In this document: positions 1 to 8,984 of the stretch, piece after piece
Numbering within the stretch: the stretch's first letter is position 1
Layout: the number at the start of each line of letters is the position of its first letter
Assembly: GCA_009694955.1 (NCBI GenBank)
Contig: SIBZ01000001.1
Coordinates: 63 to 64,062 of the forward strand
Direction: 5' to 3'
DNA from: Candidatus Tayloriibacteriota bacterium
GTDB taxonomy: Bacteria; Patescibacteriota; Minisyncoccia; Phycocordibacterales; UBA10002
DNA length: 64,000 nucleotides
Notes under the pieces: generated by a model
What the model was told of the DNA's origin: nothing
The model's database searches: none
What the model saw: the letters and a program-made list of their open reading frames with translations, nothing else
Program-made: the position numbers and the translations under genes

Positions 1-770
1 TCAAGCGTTACTTCTATCACCCTGTCAGGGCTGTTTGCGGGAAGGCTGGCATTGTGAGCGGCAATGAGTTCTTGGTAGCGTTTGCCAATATTTTCGTGTC
101 TTCCCCCATCCGTATCTTCCCCCCCGTTATAGTACTCAAAGTACAGTTCCGGTCCGAATTTCGTCAGCTCTTCATTAGCCAATTTTCGCAAGTTGTCGAG
201 CTCCGTTGCGCGGGTTCTGTGTAGCTTCTTCGTTGCGTTCGGGTCAAACCCCATCGTCAAATCAGCGCTGTACATCACGTACTGTCGCTTTTTAATGCGC
301 ATTTCTTCCTTAAATCCGGAATCAAACTCATCGCTCTTGCGTACCTCAACCCAGACTCCCTGCATAATCGTTTCCGTCAGCTGTTCGTTTTGGAAGATTT
401 CAGGGGCATAGCGGTACCAGAGGGCTAGCTCCTTCGTGTCACGCATATTTCTGAGAGCCTTACGGAGTTCAGGATTTTCCCACCCGGGTTGCGTAGGTGC
501 CTCCGGCTTTACGTACTCTCCCGCCCTTCGCTTTTCCTCCATTTGCGTTTCCACCTCCTTTTGCAACGTAGCAATCACCTTTTCATTTTCTGCTACTTTT
601 TGTTCAATCCACGCAACAATAGCGCCGATTGTTTCTTTGTCGCCTTTGTCGATGCCCTGGACCCGCTTCAGGAGGTTTCCTCGGTCGGTATTGGGTCCCA
701 TCAGCCGAAGTTCGTTCAGAATGGCCTCGGCCTCGGGTTTTGCTTCAGTTAGAGGTGCTTCAGATACCAT
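1..770 (-). CDS. Hypothetical protein, 3'-partial: the ORF runs off the left window edge. Last gene of the minus-strand operon that also contains the TrbL-like gene.
   Basis: My own translation of the reverse complement from the ATG at 770-768 (a GTG at 776 is an alternative start) shows no stop codon through to position 1. It begins MVSEAPLTEAKPEAEAILNELRLMGPNTDRGNLLKRVQG... Its start lies 27 nt downstream of the stop of the 800..3856 gene on the same strand. It is absent from the ORF track, presumably because it has no in-window stop. Confidence 0.4.
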   Translation of the reverse strand, partial: MVSEAPLTEAKPEAEAILNELRLMGPNTDRGNLLKRVQGIDKGDKETIGAIVAWIEQKVAENEKVIATLQKEVETQMEEKRRAGEYVKPEAPTQPGWENPELRKALRNMRDTKELALWYRYAPEIFQNEQLTETIMQGVWVEVRKSDEFDSGFKEEMRIKKRQYVMYSADLTMGFDPNATKKLHRTRATELDNLRKLANEELTKFGPELYFEYYNGGEDTDGGRHENIGKRYQELIAAHNASLPANSPDRVIEVTL

Positions 771-799
771 ATGCACATATTACCTTATTAATGTTGTCT

Positions 800-3700
800 T
801 TAGTAAAGCAAATCACTCCCCCCTTTTTTCTTTCCCCTCTTCAATTCAGCCAAAATCTCCCTTAGGTATTCCTGTTCTTTTCTCATACCAGACAAGCTCA
901 TCTGTGACGGAAGTGCGTTTCGAATCGAATCCTCCCGGTTGACCGCAGTCTGATATTCGATATATCTCGCGTTGTACTCCTGCTTTCGCGTCTCACCGCG
1001 CTTTGAGTCTTCGACGAGGCGTTTTACGCGCGCGTGTATCATTTCCTGCTTTTCGCCTTCGGTCAGCGCGTGCTCATCTTCGGCAAGGGCGCGCACGAAA
1101 CTTGCGGGGAGCACTCCGTAATCCACGAGCTCCGGCTTGAAGTGGTCGTCCTTCGGGGTTAGTTCGATGTATTCCTGCGGGGTTAGTTTGGCGAACGCCG
1201 TCGACATCTTATTAACTAATTGGTCAATCGCACCTTGGTTTTTAACATTGAATTCCTTCAGCTCCTTCTCCGCCTCCTCCATTGCCTTCTCCGCTTTCGC
1301 CAGTCCGTGATACTCCGAAGAAAGTTGCGGTTCCAGGCTTGCTATTGCCGCTTTTGCGGCCTGGTCAGTTGGATTTTTGGCGAACTTTTCCTTTGCGTCT
1401 TTGTATTCAGTCCACCTCCGCAGAGCGTCTTTTTGGGCTTGTGTGGGTTCCTGCGCTGTAGCCAGACTCTGTCCCGCTAAAGTAACTCGGGATTGATGCT
1501 CTTTTGTCGCCCGTTCAAGCTCTTGTTCCGCCGCTGTAATTTGTACCTGTTGCGCCTGCTTCGCCAGCTCGAGTTTTTGCTCCGCCGCTGTAATTTGTAC
1601 CTGTTGCGCCTGCTTCGCCAGATCGCGTTTTTGCTCCGCCGCGGTAATTTGTACCTGTTGCGCCTGCTTCGCTCGGTCAAGTCCTTGCTGTGCGGTTGCG
1701 ATGGCAGGGGCTTGTTTTGCTTTCTCGGCATCCAGTTTCTTTTGCGCGTTTTCAACAAATCCTTGGAATATTTTGTTGTTCGGGTCTGTAGCAAGATCCG
1801 CCTTCTCTTCAGCGAGTCTTTTTTCTGCTGCCTCAATTTCAGGTGTTTTCCGCTCGGCTCGTTCAAGCTCTTGTTCCGCCACTGTGACGTTTCCTGCCGG
1901 TACTTTGGCCCGTTCAAGCTCTTGTTCCGCCACTGTGACGTTTCCTGCCGGTACTTTGGCCCGTTCAAGCTCTTGTTCCGCCGCTGTGACGTTTCCTGCC
2001 GGGACATTTGCCTGGTCAAGCTCTTTCTGAGCAGCTTCAATTTCCCTCACGTCTGCTTTCGCATCCGTGAGCGCCTTTTCCGCGGCGGCAACCTCCACAG
2101 GGTTGGGGTTTGCTGTCTGGGCCAGCTTGGAGGCATTTTCCGCTTCCGTTACGTTCTTGCGTGCATCCGCAAGAGCTATTTGATGTTGGCGTTGGTCTGT
2201 CCGAAGAGGGTGCAACTTCTCCCCCGCCCTCCGTGCGACATTTATGTGACCAATGGCGCGCCGAACCGAAGCGTCATGCTCGGACTCTTCGTACGCCTCT
2301 TCGGCAGACTTGCTCCCGCCGAATTTCGCATCCGCCATACGACCGGTTGTTTGTTCGCGGAAGAATTTGCCGACTGCGGTGTTTCCTCTGGGAGTCTGCG
2401 ACAGCCGTTCGTTGAGGTTACGCATACTGGTATATTTTAGCGCGCCGGCGCCAATTTTTGAAAACAAGCCGACGTGCTTATCATCCGCCATTTTCGCTGC
2501 GTTCTTCTCTTGCCACTTTTCCCCGAGATGCCCAAGCCCGAACCCCTGCATAGCGTGTCGTCCGACGAGGCCGGTCCCCTCTCCCTTCAGCTTGTGGCCC
2601 CATTCCATCATAAGGTCGCTTCCCCGAGCACCGAGCGATTGTGCGACGATGAGGCATCCGACCATTAAGCCGATGAGAATAATAAAGTTGAATACGATGA
2701 TAAGCGGAGCAGAAGTCGTTCCCGTCAGTGCCGCGGCGAATCCTTGCGTTCCGCTATTCGCGGCAATGCTCATCGACTGCTGAAAGGCGTCGGAGTTGAT
2801 GGTATACACCACGATGTAGGAAAGGAGGAGGTAGAGAGGCGCGAAAAACGCCTGGCTCCAGAGTTTGTTCCACCACGCGCTCGCAAGTCCCGACGCTCCG
2901 GGCAGAAGCCACGACACGAACGCGAGCGGGGAGAGGAGCATCAACATAATCAGTGTAATACCCCGCAAGACAAACATTATGGACGCCGCGAAGAAGACGA
3001 ACGCGGCGACAAGCATCAGCACCGAGCCGAAGAGGCCCATTAAGATGATGTTCAGCATATTGATGCCTCCGCCGATAAGGCTTGTGGTATTCGCCTGCTT
3101 TCCTCCCCCGTTCAGGCTGTTCGGGTTGTAAATCGTCTGGAGGCGGAGTCCTTGCATAAATGCTTCGGAGAGTCCCGCGTCCCCGCCCTGCCGATGTTCC
3201 GCTGGCGCTATGAGATTGTAGAAATGGAGCGCGGCTATATTGGACGCGTCAACCACCGCTTTGGTGATAAAGAGCGAAAAGTTGATGAAGATGGCGACGA
3301 GCACCATTTGTGCGAGAAACCCCCACGCCTGTTCGGCTTTGAGGCCGAGCGTAATCGAGATTCCACACCAGAGCGCGATGAAAATGAATACGATATTGGA
3401 TACATCGCGGATAACCTTCCATCCGATATCCACAATCGGAAGGTCATGCAAGAGACTGCTCATATTGAGCGTCCGCTCAAGTGTGATGTTAAGGAGTGCG
3501 CCGGATACCCAGAGTGTCCGTGCCGCGAGCCACATACCGAGGTTCGCAATCAAGGCGACACAGCCGTCGAGATTGATTGACGGGACGATACCAAGTCCGC
3601 TATATGCGACACAGCCTTTGGTCTGCGGAGGCTCCGAAGGCAGTTTACTCTTTCCGTTTTGCGGAGCGGTCGGAGACCCACCCTTTCCGTCGGGGGCGTA

Positions 3701-3856
3701 GCCTTTCTGGGCGGGAGGAGAGTCAAGTCCTGTCGCTCCCGGGTCAATACCCGGTATTCCTTGCGCGAGTACAAACGTCGTTGGCACAAAGAGTACCCCC
3801 GCAACAACGCTCGAGAGAAGGAGGCTCACTATACCGGTTGTGAAGAAGCGGTGCAT
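800..3856 (-). CDS. TrbL/VirB6-like polytopic membrane protein (T4SS inner-membrane component family) with a long C-terminal coiled-coil tail built from tandem repeats
   Basis: The 1018-aa ORF has an N-terminal signal/TM segment, then a block of 6 or more hydrophobic helices (…MLNIILMGLFGSVLMLVAAFVFFAASIMFVLRGITLIMLMLLSPLAFVSWLLPGASGLASAWWNKLW…) typical of TrbL/VirB6. The C-terminal ~450 aa are charged and helical, with 21-aa (QAQQVQITAAEQK.ELAK) and 17-aa (AKVPAGNVTVAEQELER) units each repeated 3 times. A 3-nt gap separates it from the upstream gene. Confidence 0.6.
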   Translation of the reverse strand: MHRFFTTGIVSLLLSSVVAGVLFVPTTFVLAQGIPGIDPGATGLDSPPAQKGYAPDGKGGSPTAPQNGKSKLPSEPPQTKGCVAYSGLGIVPSINLDGCVALIANLGMWLAARTLWVSGALLNITLERTLNMSSLLHDLPIVDIGWKVIRDVSNIVFIFIALWCGISITLGLKAEQAWGFLAQMVLVAIFINFSLFITKAVVDASNIAALHFYNLIAPAEHRQGGDAGLSEAFMQGLRLQTIYNPNSLNGGGKQANTTSLIGGGINMLNIILMGLFGSVLMLVAAFVFFAASIMFVLRGITLIMLMLLSPLAFVSWLLPGASGLASAWWNKLWSQAFFAPLYLLLSYIVVYTINSDAFQQSMSIAANSGTQGFAAALTGTTSAPLIIVFNFIILIGLMVGCLIVAQSLGARGSDLMMEWGHKLKGEGTGLVGRHAMQGFGLGHLGEKWQEKNAAKMADDKHVGLFSKIGAGALKYTSMRNLNERLSQTPRGNTAVGKFFREQTTGRMADAKFGGSKSAEEAYEESEHDASVRRAIGHINVARRAGEKLHPLRTDQRQHQIALADARKNVTEAENASKLAQTANPNPVEVAAAEKALTDAKADVREIEAAQKELDQANVPAGNVTAAEQELERAKVPAGNVTVAEQELERAKVPAGNVTVAEQELERAERKTPEIEAAEKRLAEEKADLATDPNNKIFQGFVENAQKKLDAEKAKQAPAIATAQQGLDRAKQAQQVQITAAEQKRDLAKQAQQVQITAAEQKLELAKQAQQVQITAAEQELERATKEHQSRVTLAGQSLATAQEPTQAQKDALRRWTEYKDAKEKFAKNPTDQAAKAAIASLEPQLSSEYHGLAKAEKAMEEAEKELKEFNVKNQGAIDQLVNKMSTAFAKLTPQEYIELTPKDDHFKPELVDYGVLPASFVRALAEDEHALTEGEKQEMIHARVKRLVEDSKRGETRKQEYNARYIEYQTAVNREDSIRNALPSQMSLSGMRKEQEYLREILAELKRGKKKGGSDLLY
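1512..1700 (-). repeat. Three near-perfect 63-bp tandem repeats inside the TrbL-like CDS, encoding the 21-aa coiled-coil unit
   Basis: Direct reading shows ...tgctccgccgctgtaatttgtacctgttgcgcctgcttcgccagctcgagttttt... three times with only a few substitutions. Confidence 0.85.
1857..2009 (-). repeat. Three near-perfect 51-bp tandem repeats inside the TrbL-like CDS, encoding the 17-aa unit
   Basis: cgttcaagctcttgttccgccactgtgacgtttcctgccggtactttggcc occurs three times. The third copy carries minor changes. Confidence 0.85.
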
Positions 3857-3859
3857 GGA

Positions 3860-6793
3860 TTAGTTGATGACAAAATCAAGCGGAAACGCAAGTGTCTTGT
3901 CCGCCCCCGAGTCATCTTTATACAAAGCCTCAATGAGTATTCGGACGGTACGTCCCTTTTCGAATCCGCCCGTAGCGAGAAGCGCATCCTTAAAGCCTAT
4001 GGCAACGGGCTTGTCAGGAGTTGCAGTCAGTCCCTCGGCGAAGATAATCGGTTTTGAGGTTTCTTGTATGTCTCCTAAACAAGAACCTTTCAATTTCCGG
4101 TTCGGTGGAGCGTCGGCGCAGACAATCGGATTTATTTTTCTGTCGCCTCCTGTGCCGAGAAGGAACGGTGGTGTCTCGCCGGACGTGATGGAATTCCCAA
4201 ACGCGAACACGAAGCTTTTGGTCCCGTTCGCGAACGTATCGAAATATTGCCTCCACTGCGCCGGAATAGTCGGAGGGCTTCCCACAAGCAGTTTCGCCTG
4301 GAGTGTTATGTTTTTTAGCTCTTTATTTGTCCGGAGTTGAATGGCGAGTTCCGGCGGAAGCGCGAGTGTTTCTCCCGCGATGAAGTCACGGCAAATACCC
4401 GAAGGACAGTTTCTCACGGAAAGAGATGTCGGATTAAATCCAACTTGCAGGGGAATGTTCTGGGGGACGGTCGAACCGGCACTGCCGACGGGTGTTTGCT
4501 TGCCGAACACCTCCACTTCGACGATGATGAGAGGGAAAAAGTATCTATCTGTGGCCAATGCAGATTGTTCTATTCGTACGTAACGCCCTTTAGTTCCAGT
4601 GGGGAGGGGAATAGTGTACCTAGGACTTCTGTACGTGTACAACGGAGCAGAGTTAGAAGAAGTTTGAGCTCGAACAGGAACCGAGTACACCACTTGTCTG
4701 GCGTCGTTCAAGACGGAGACCACAAAGCTTCCATTTCTAAGCGTGTTGTTGAACTCGCCATTTTTATCTGAGTCCCACGGTCCGGCGGGGCGGTAGATGA
4801 CCACCTCTTTTATTTCATCGGTGGTCCACCCCCTTGTCTTGTTTGCCCCGCTAGCTTCCAAGTCAACCTCCCACCATTCCGATGATTCCGATGAACCGGC
4901 GTTTGTGCAGGAAAAAGACAGATAGTTTCCGTCCCCTCCCGAAGTATTACCGTCTACCGCAACTTCGGCGAAAGGTTTTTGCGCCCAGTAGTTCCAGAAT
5001 TTGGTACAGTCGCTTGATTGCGAGGCAAGTTTCCCAACTGACATATTTCCTTCAATCGCTTGTGTTGGCGGAGGCGTAGTCCCGGTATTGCTTGGAGCAT
5101 TCGGTGCTCCGGCGCGAGTGAGTGCGTCATCGTTGTTCTGTTCCGCGTACTGGTTGACGCGGTTCCGGCAACCAACCTGCACCTGCTGGAAATACGTGGA
5201 CCATTCCGTGTCATCGGACTTGGTGATGAACTCCTGTCCCTCAGCCCTAACGAGAGTTTCATCTGGCCCGGGTGGGGCGCTGTGCTCAATTTCAGTCCCA
5301 TTCGTCTTTCGGTATGTCGGCACACTCGTGTTGTACACATAAGGGTCCCCCGTTGTTACTTTTCGATATGATTGCTGGCCCCCCGCCGTACTCTGACGCA
5401 CCGCAGCCGTTGGAAATCGAATAGTTTCTACTCCTTCGTAGGTTGCCCCACTATTTTCAAAGAGGTCGAACGGTACGGGTTTTGGGCTAACTGTAAGTCG
5501 TTGCCCGCGATTTTCAACCGTGTACGTCCTTCCCGCTTGTGCACCGTCGAGCAGTTTTACCGACAGGGTTTGAACTGGATTTGTTGCGGTCGAATCAGTA
5601 ATAATCCTTATGACTTCTGCGTTCGCCCGTCTATAGGAAACCAGCATCACACGATTGCTCCCCCCTCCTTCTGCTTGGTACTCAAAATCGCAGTTAATAC
5701 CCGCGGGTGGACGTATCGTTGCCAGCCGTTCCGCCGCTTCGGGGCTTGCGACCAGCTGGTCGAGGTATGACGGTCCTCCCCCCTGCTCCGGCTCGCTATT
5801 TCCAAGCAGTCCTCCGGGGCCGAGCGTTCGAACAAGGAGTTGGTTCACTAATGCTCCGAAAATCTCGTCAAGTTCGTCGGCGACCTCGAGTTCGCGGAGT
5901 GTGCTCGAGAGCGTGCTGTTTCCTTGCCCTACAATCATAGCGCCGGGAGTCTTTATCTTCCCCGGTGTCTTACACGCGCCTGTTCTCGTCACTTTGCCGT
6001 TGCGGTCTTTTTCGTCCGGGTAGTACTCTTCGCAACTTCTCCACGATTTAAATCCTTGGCCAAAATCGAGCAGTTTGATTTCTTTTCCGCTCGCGGTCAC
6101 AATGCTCGCATCGAGCTTGCTCACTGTCCCGAGGTACGCGCCGTACACATTGTTTTGCGGGTTGCCGGTGATTGATATCCAGTTGCGCCAACCGCCCGAA
6201 CGGAAGTTTCCCGTGACGAACGAGTCGTACGAACCGCGCACATTGGCAATCACATCGGAAAGCCGGCAACGGACATCTTCGCGGGTATTCAGCGAATATT
6301 GGAGACCGAGCGCGAATTGCAGGTTAAGGCGGAACGGAGCACAGAGCATTGGGGCGATTTTCTCTATTTCACGCCCGAATTCTTTATCGGCGACATCCAT
6401 AAGGAACCCTTCGGGGTTCGTTATGAAGGAAGGCTTGCCTTCAAATCCACTGTTTATCCAGTTAACGACGCTTTTGGTGAAACTCTGCAGTATGGTGCGA
6501 GCTATTTGTTTGGCCGTAATGTCCAGAATGCATTCTTTCAGCAAGCTTCCTTTTGTATTCGAATCAGTTTTTCTGTTATATGAAGCGACCGTAGAGTCGT
6601 ACGTAGGCACTTTAAATACATTTATCGCTGCTTCCCCAAGCGCCTGTGCCCCGCCAATAAGAGAGTTAAAGAGGTATCCTCCGAGGCATCCGAGTATGGC
6701 GTCCGTGCGTTTCGGGTAGAGCAAAAGAGCCGTTGGTGCAATAAGCAATACGGCAAAAAAAGGCGGCAACCATTTTTTCCACACCCTCTTCAC
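3860..6793 (-). CDS. Large secreted protein (977 aa) with a discoidin (F5/8 type C)/galactose-binding-like domain; first gene of an operon with the TrbL-like gene
   Basis: The N-terminus has a signal peptide (MKRVWKKWLPPFFAVLLIAPTALLLYP). A central segment (...YLSFSCTNAGSSESSEWWEVDLEASGANKTRGWTTDEIKEVVIYRPAGPWDSDKNGEFNNTLRNGSFVVSVLNDARQVVYSV) matches the W..VDL signature and length of discoidin domains. The ORF is long and uninterrupted. Confidence 0.65.
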   Translation of the reverse strand: MKRVWKKWLPPFFAVLLIAPTALLLYPKRTDAILGCLGGYLFNSLIGGAQALGEAAINVFKVPTYDSTVASYNRKTDSNTKGSLLKECILDITAKQIARTILQSFTKSVVNWINSGFEGKPSFITNPEGFLMDVADKEFGREIEKIAPMLCAPFRLNLQFALGLQYSLNTREDVRCRLSDVIANVRGSYDSFVTGNFRSGGWRNWISITGNPQNNVYGAYLGTVSKLDASIVTASGKEIKLLDFGQGFKSWRSCEEYYPDEKDRNGKVTRTGACKTPGKIKTPGAMIVGQGNSTLSSTLRELEVADELDEIFGALVNQLLVRTLGPGGLLGNSEPEQGGGPSYLDQLVASPEAAERLATIRPPAGINCDFEYQAEGGGSNRVMLVSYRRANAEVIRIITDSTATNPVQTLSVKLLDGAQAGRTYTVENRGQRLTVSPKPVPFDLFENSGATYEGVETIRFPTAAVRQSTAGGQQSYRKVTTGDPYVYNTSVPTYRKTNGTEIEHSAPPGPDETLVRAEGQEFITKSDDTEWSTYFQQVQVGCRNRVNQYAEQNNDDALTRAGAPNAPSNTGTTPPPTQAIEGNMSVGKLASQSSDCTKFWNYWAQKPFAEVAVDGNTSGGDGNYLSFSCTNAGSSESSEWWEVDLEASGANKTRGWTTDEIKEVVIYRPAGPWDSDKNGEFNNTLRNGSFVVSVLNDARQVVYSVPVRAQTSSNSAPLYTYRSPRYTIPLPTGTKGRYVRIEQSALATDRYFFPLIIVEVEVFGKQTPVGSAGSTVPQNIPLQVGFNPTSLSVRNCPSGICRDFIAGETLALPPELAIQLRTNKELKNITLQAKLLVGSPPTIPAQWRQYFDTFANGTKSFVFAFGNSITSGETPPFLLGTGGDRKINPIVCADAPPNRKLKGSCLGDIQETSKPIIFAEGLTATPDKPVAIGFKDALLATGGFEKGRTVRILIEALYKDDSGADKTLAFPLDFVIN

Positions 6794-7064
6794 TGTGCTA
6801 CTAGTATAGCAGACGAGTGTGGATAAAAGGTGGAAAAACAGTGGATAAAAGAGAAAGGAGGGGGTAGTAAGCAGAAAGCAATTAAGCGAACTAAGAAAAA
6901 GAGGTTGTGCGGATATTCTTAATTAATCCGTTGTATAGTTGCTCGCCTTTGAATCACGAGACTTTTATCCTGTCATTCCAGCTTTTGCTGGAATGACAGA
7001 GGGCTAAGAGGACGGCTCGAACCTCGGTCTTTTTTCTTTCCTAAGAAGCTAGCAAGCTAAATAG

Positions 7065-8024
7065 CTACTCCAGTATCGCTACTCCGGGTTCCTTTGGGTC
7101 GAACGAGACGTTATGAAGCGTGAAAATCCGCTTCATTTCGGCGAAGGTGTTAGAAAGAAGCTCAAAACTATGTGGATATGTCCCAATACTGGCAAGCGCC
7201 TTTGCAGGGTCGCTTATCACGAACTTCATACCTGCGACGCTCTGCGCTATGCCACTCATCGCGTTTACGAGACTAATATGGCTATTTACAAAGGGTTCCG
7301 GCACCTCAACAAGCACGAGCTCATTTAGCATGCCCTTGTAGACTCCAATACGCTCGTCGAGGTCTTTGAGCACTGAATCATCCTCTCTTTCTATGGCGAT
7401 TGTAATGGTGTTGAGTTCATTTTCTCCTATGTTTGCGTATTTTTTGAAGATACCGGCGACTTCATTTCCGTATGTTCTTAAAGTTTTCAGGTTAAATGCT
7501 TCGCTGACTGTCAGGTCGGGCCGCTCATACAGCCTTACCGCATCGATCGGAGGAGGGTTGTTGAAGAATTTCAGAAGTAATTTGCGCTCATCATCGGCGG
7601 TAAGCGGTTGCCCGCTTTGTTTCATTTTGAGATATTCCCCGAACAGGTTTTGAGCGATATTATCGGTAAGCGTGGGCTCGTTTTTAAGTCCCAGAGTCGT
7701 TTTTTCTCCGACGGTTTGCGCATCAAGCTTGTCGTCAGGTCCCGCTTTAAGCGGGTCTCTACCCGAAGCCACTTCGACGCCGTCCGCGGTCGTATCTCTG
7801 TCAGTGTCGGGGTTGTTTCTGTCCGTCTTCCACAACTCCTCTTCCCAATCCTTCAGTCCGTCGCCATCCGTGTCGCGGTCAAGAATCGCGTTCACCTTCC
7901 CTATATTCTCTGTTGAGAGCGCCCCATAGACCGTTTCGCGCTTTTTCACCTTGAAACCGAAAAAGACCCCTACACCGATGATGGAGAGGGCGACGAGAAT
8001 GATAAGAAAACGGCGGAACATCAT
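7065..8024 (-). CDS. Membrane-anchored protein with thrombospondin-type-3-like Ca-binding Asp repeats (DxDxDG); paralog of the next gene
   Basis: N-terminal TM (MMFRRFLIILVALSIIGVGVFFGF), then DRDTDGDGLKDWEEELWKTDRNNPDTDRDTTADGVEVASGRDP. A C-terminal domain of unknown function ends ...FDPKEPGVAILE. Confidence 0.65.
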   Translation of the reverse strand: MMFRRFLIILVALSIIGVGVFFGFKVKKRETVYGALSTENIGKVNAILDRDTDGDGLKDWEEELWKTDRNNPDTDRDTTADGVEVASGRDPLKAGPDDKLDAQTVGEKTTLGLKNEPTLTDNIAQNLFGEYLKMKQSGQPLTADDERKLLLKFFNNPPPIDAVRLYERPDLTVSEAFNLKTLRTYGNEVAGIFKKYANIGENELNTITIAIEREDDSVLKDLDERIGVYKGMLNELVLVEVPEPFVNSHISLVNAMSGIAQSVAGMKFVISDPAKALASIGTYPHSFELLSNTFAEMKRIFTLHNVSFDPKEPGVAILE

Positions 8025-8073
8025 AATTGCTCTAGTATAGCATCACTCACATTCTGGGTTACCCGAACGCGCC

Positions 8074-8946
8074 TCAAAAACTGAAAATGGCCCCCGGTTC
8101 TTCAGGACCAAAACGTATGCGCGCTTTCGTAAATGATTGCATAAGATTACTAAACGCCTGAGCCGCTGCAATAGCGGCATCATTGTAGTGGTCGAGGAAA
8201 CTCTGAGCCTGCAGAGTGAAATCTTTTTGTTCCGCGACAAGTTCTCGCACTCCTTTGCTTAACGCAGTATAACTCTTGGTAAGCGCTGTGTGATACATTT
8301 CAACGGGGGAAGGAGCGCGTATCGCTTCGAGCTTTTCGGATACTGTCCTGTATGTCTCGCTGAGCGCAGAAAGCCGGGCAATCGATGTTTCGCTTGGATT
8401 TTGCGTTGCTTCAGTAAAGACCTCATATTCAAGCTTCCCTTTTTGTAAGTAGAACAATATAAGCGTTCCAGCCTCATTTCCGTACGTGTGAAGTGCCTTT
8501 TGTTCGGCTGTTTCGTCCTGCTCCACGGGAGGCGGGGCATCCGCGGTTTTTGGTGCCGCTACATCTTGAGTTTTCGCGAAAGGGGAAAATGAAAGAGTAT
8601 AGTACGGAGCGAGAATTTTTTCTGTGACATCAGTACGCTGGTCCATCCCTTTTTTCGTAGGGTCGCGGCGAGATTGTACCTCGTTCCCATCTAAAGTTCC
8701 GTCTGCGTCAGTATCTGGGTTATTGGGGTCAGTGCGGTAAAGCACTTCTTCCCAGGCTGAAAGACCATCCTTGTCCGTATCGGTATAGACACTTATTATT
8801 CCGGAAGGGTCGGGCGCGGCGGCAGGCGACTTGGGAAGCAAGATTCTCTCAGTTTTTTTGAGGCCCACGTCTTGTTTGAGGAGTGGCCACACGCCCCATA
8901 TTATGGCGCATAAAGACAATAAAACTATGAAAATCTTCCGCGGCAT
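8074..8946 (-). CDS. Paralogous membrane-anchored protein with TSP3-like Asp repeats
   Basis: N-terminal TM (MPRKIFIVLLSLCAIIWGVWPLL), then DTDKDGLSAWEEVLYRTDPNNPDTDADGTLDGNEVQSRRDP. The C-terminus ends ...FGPEEPGAIFSF, with the same architecture as 7065..8024. Confidence 0.65.
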   Translation of the reverse strand: MPRKIFIVLLSLCAIIWGVWPLLKQDVGLKKTERILLPKSPAAAPDPSGIISVYTDTDKDGLSAWEEVLYRTDPNNPDTDADGTLDGNEVQSRRDPTKKGMDQRTDVTEKILAPYYTLSFSPFAKTQDVAAPKTADAPPPVEQDETAEQKALHTYGNEAGTLILFYLQKGKLEYEVFTEATQNPSETSIARLSALSETYRTVSEKLEAIRAPSPVEMYHTALTKSYTALSKGVRELVAEQKDFTLQAQSFLDHYNDAAIAAAQAFSNLMQSFTKARIRFGPEEPGAIFSF

Positions 8947-8984
8947 TCTTACATTGTAACAGCATTCAGCCGGTATGTTACAAT

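Noticed and set aside
1493-2440. 315-aa plus-strand ORF and tandem repeats that superficially look like a repeat array
   Set aside because: It lies antisense inside the TrbL-like CDS. The repeats are 63- and 51-bp coding units (multiples of 3) of a coiled-coil tail with no unique spacers, so this is not CRISPR and not an independent gene.
6794-7064. Chromosomal replication origin suggested by DnaA-box matches
   Set aside because: There is no dnaA/dnaN nearby, no AT-rich unwinding element and only one perfect box. It is more likely a promoter region.
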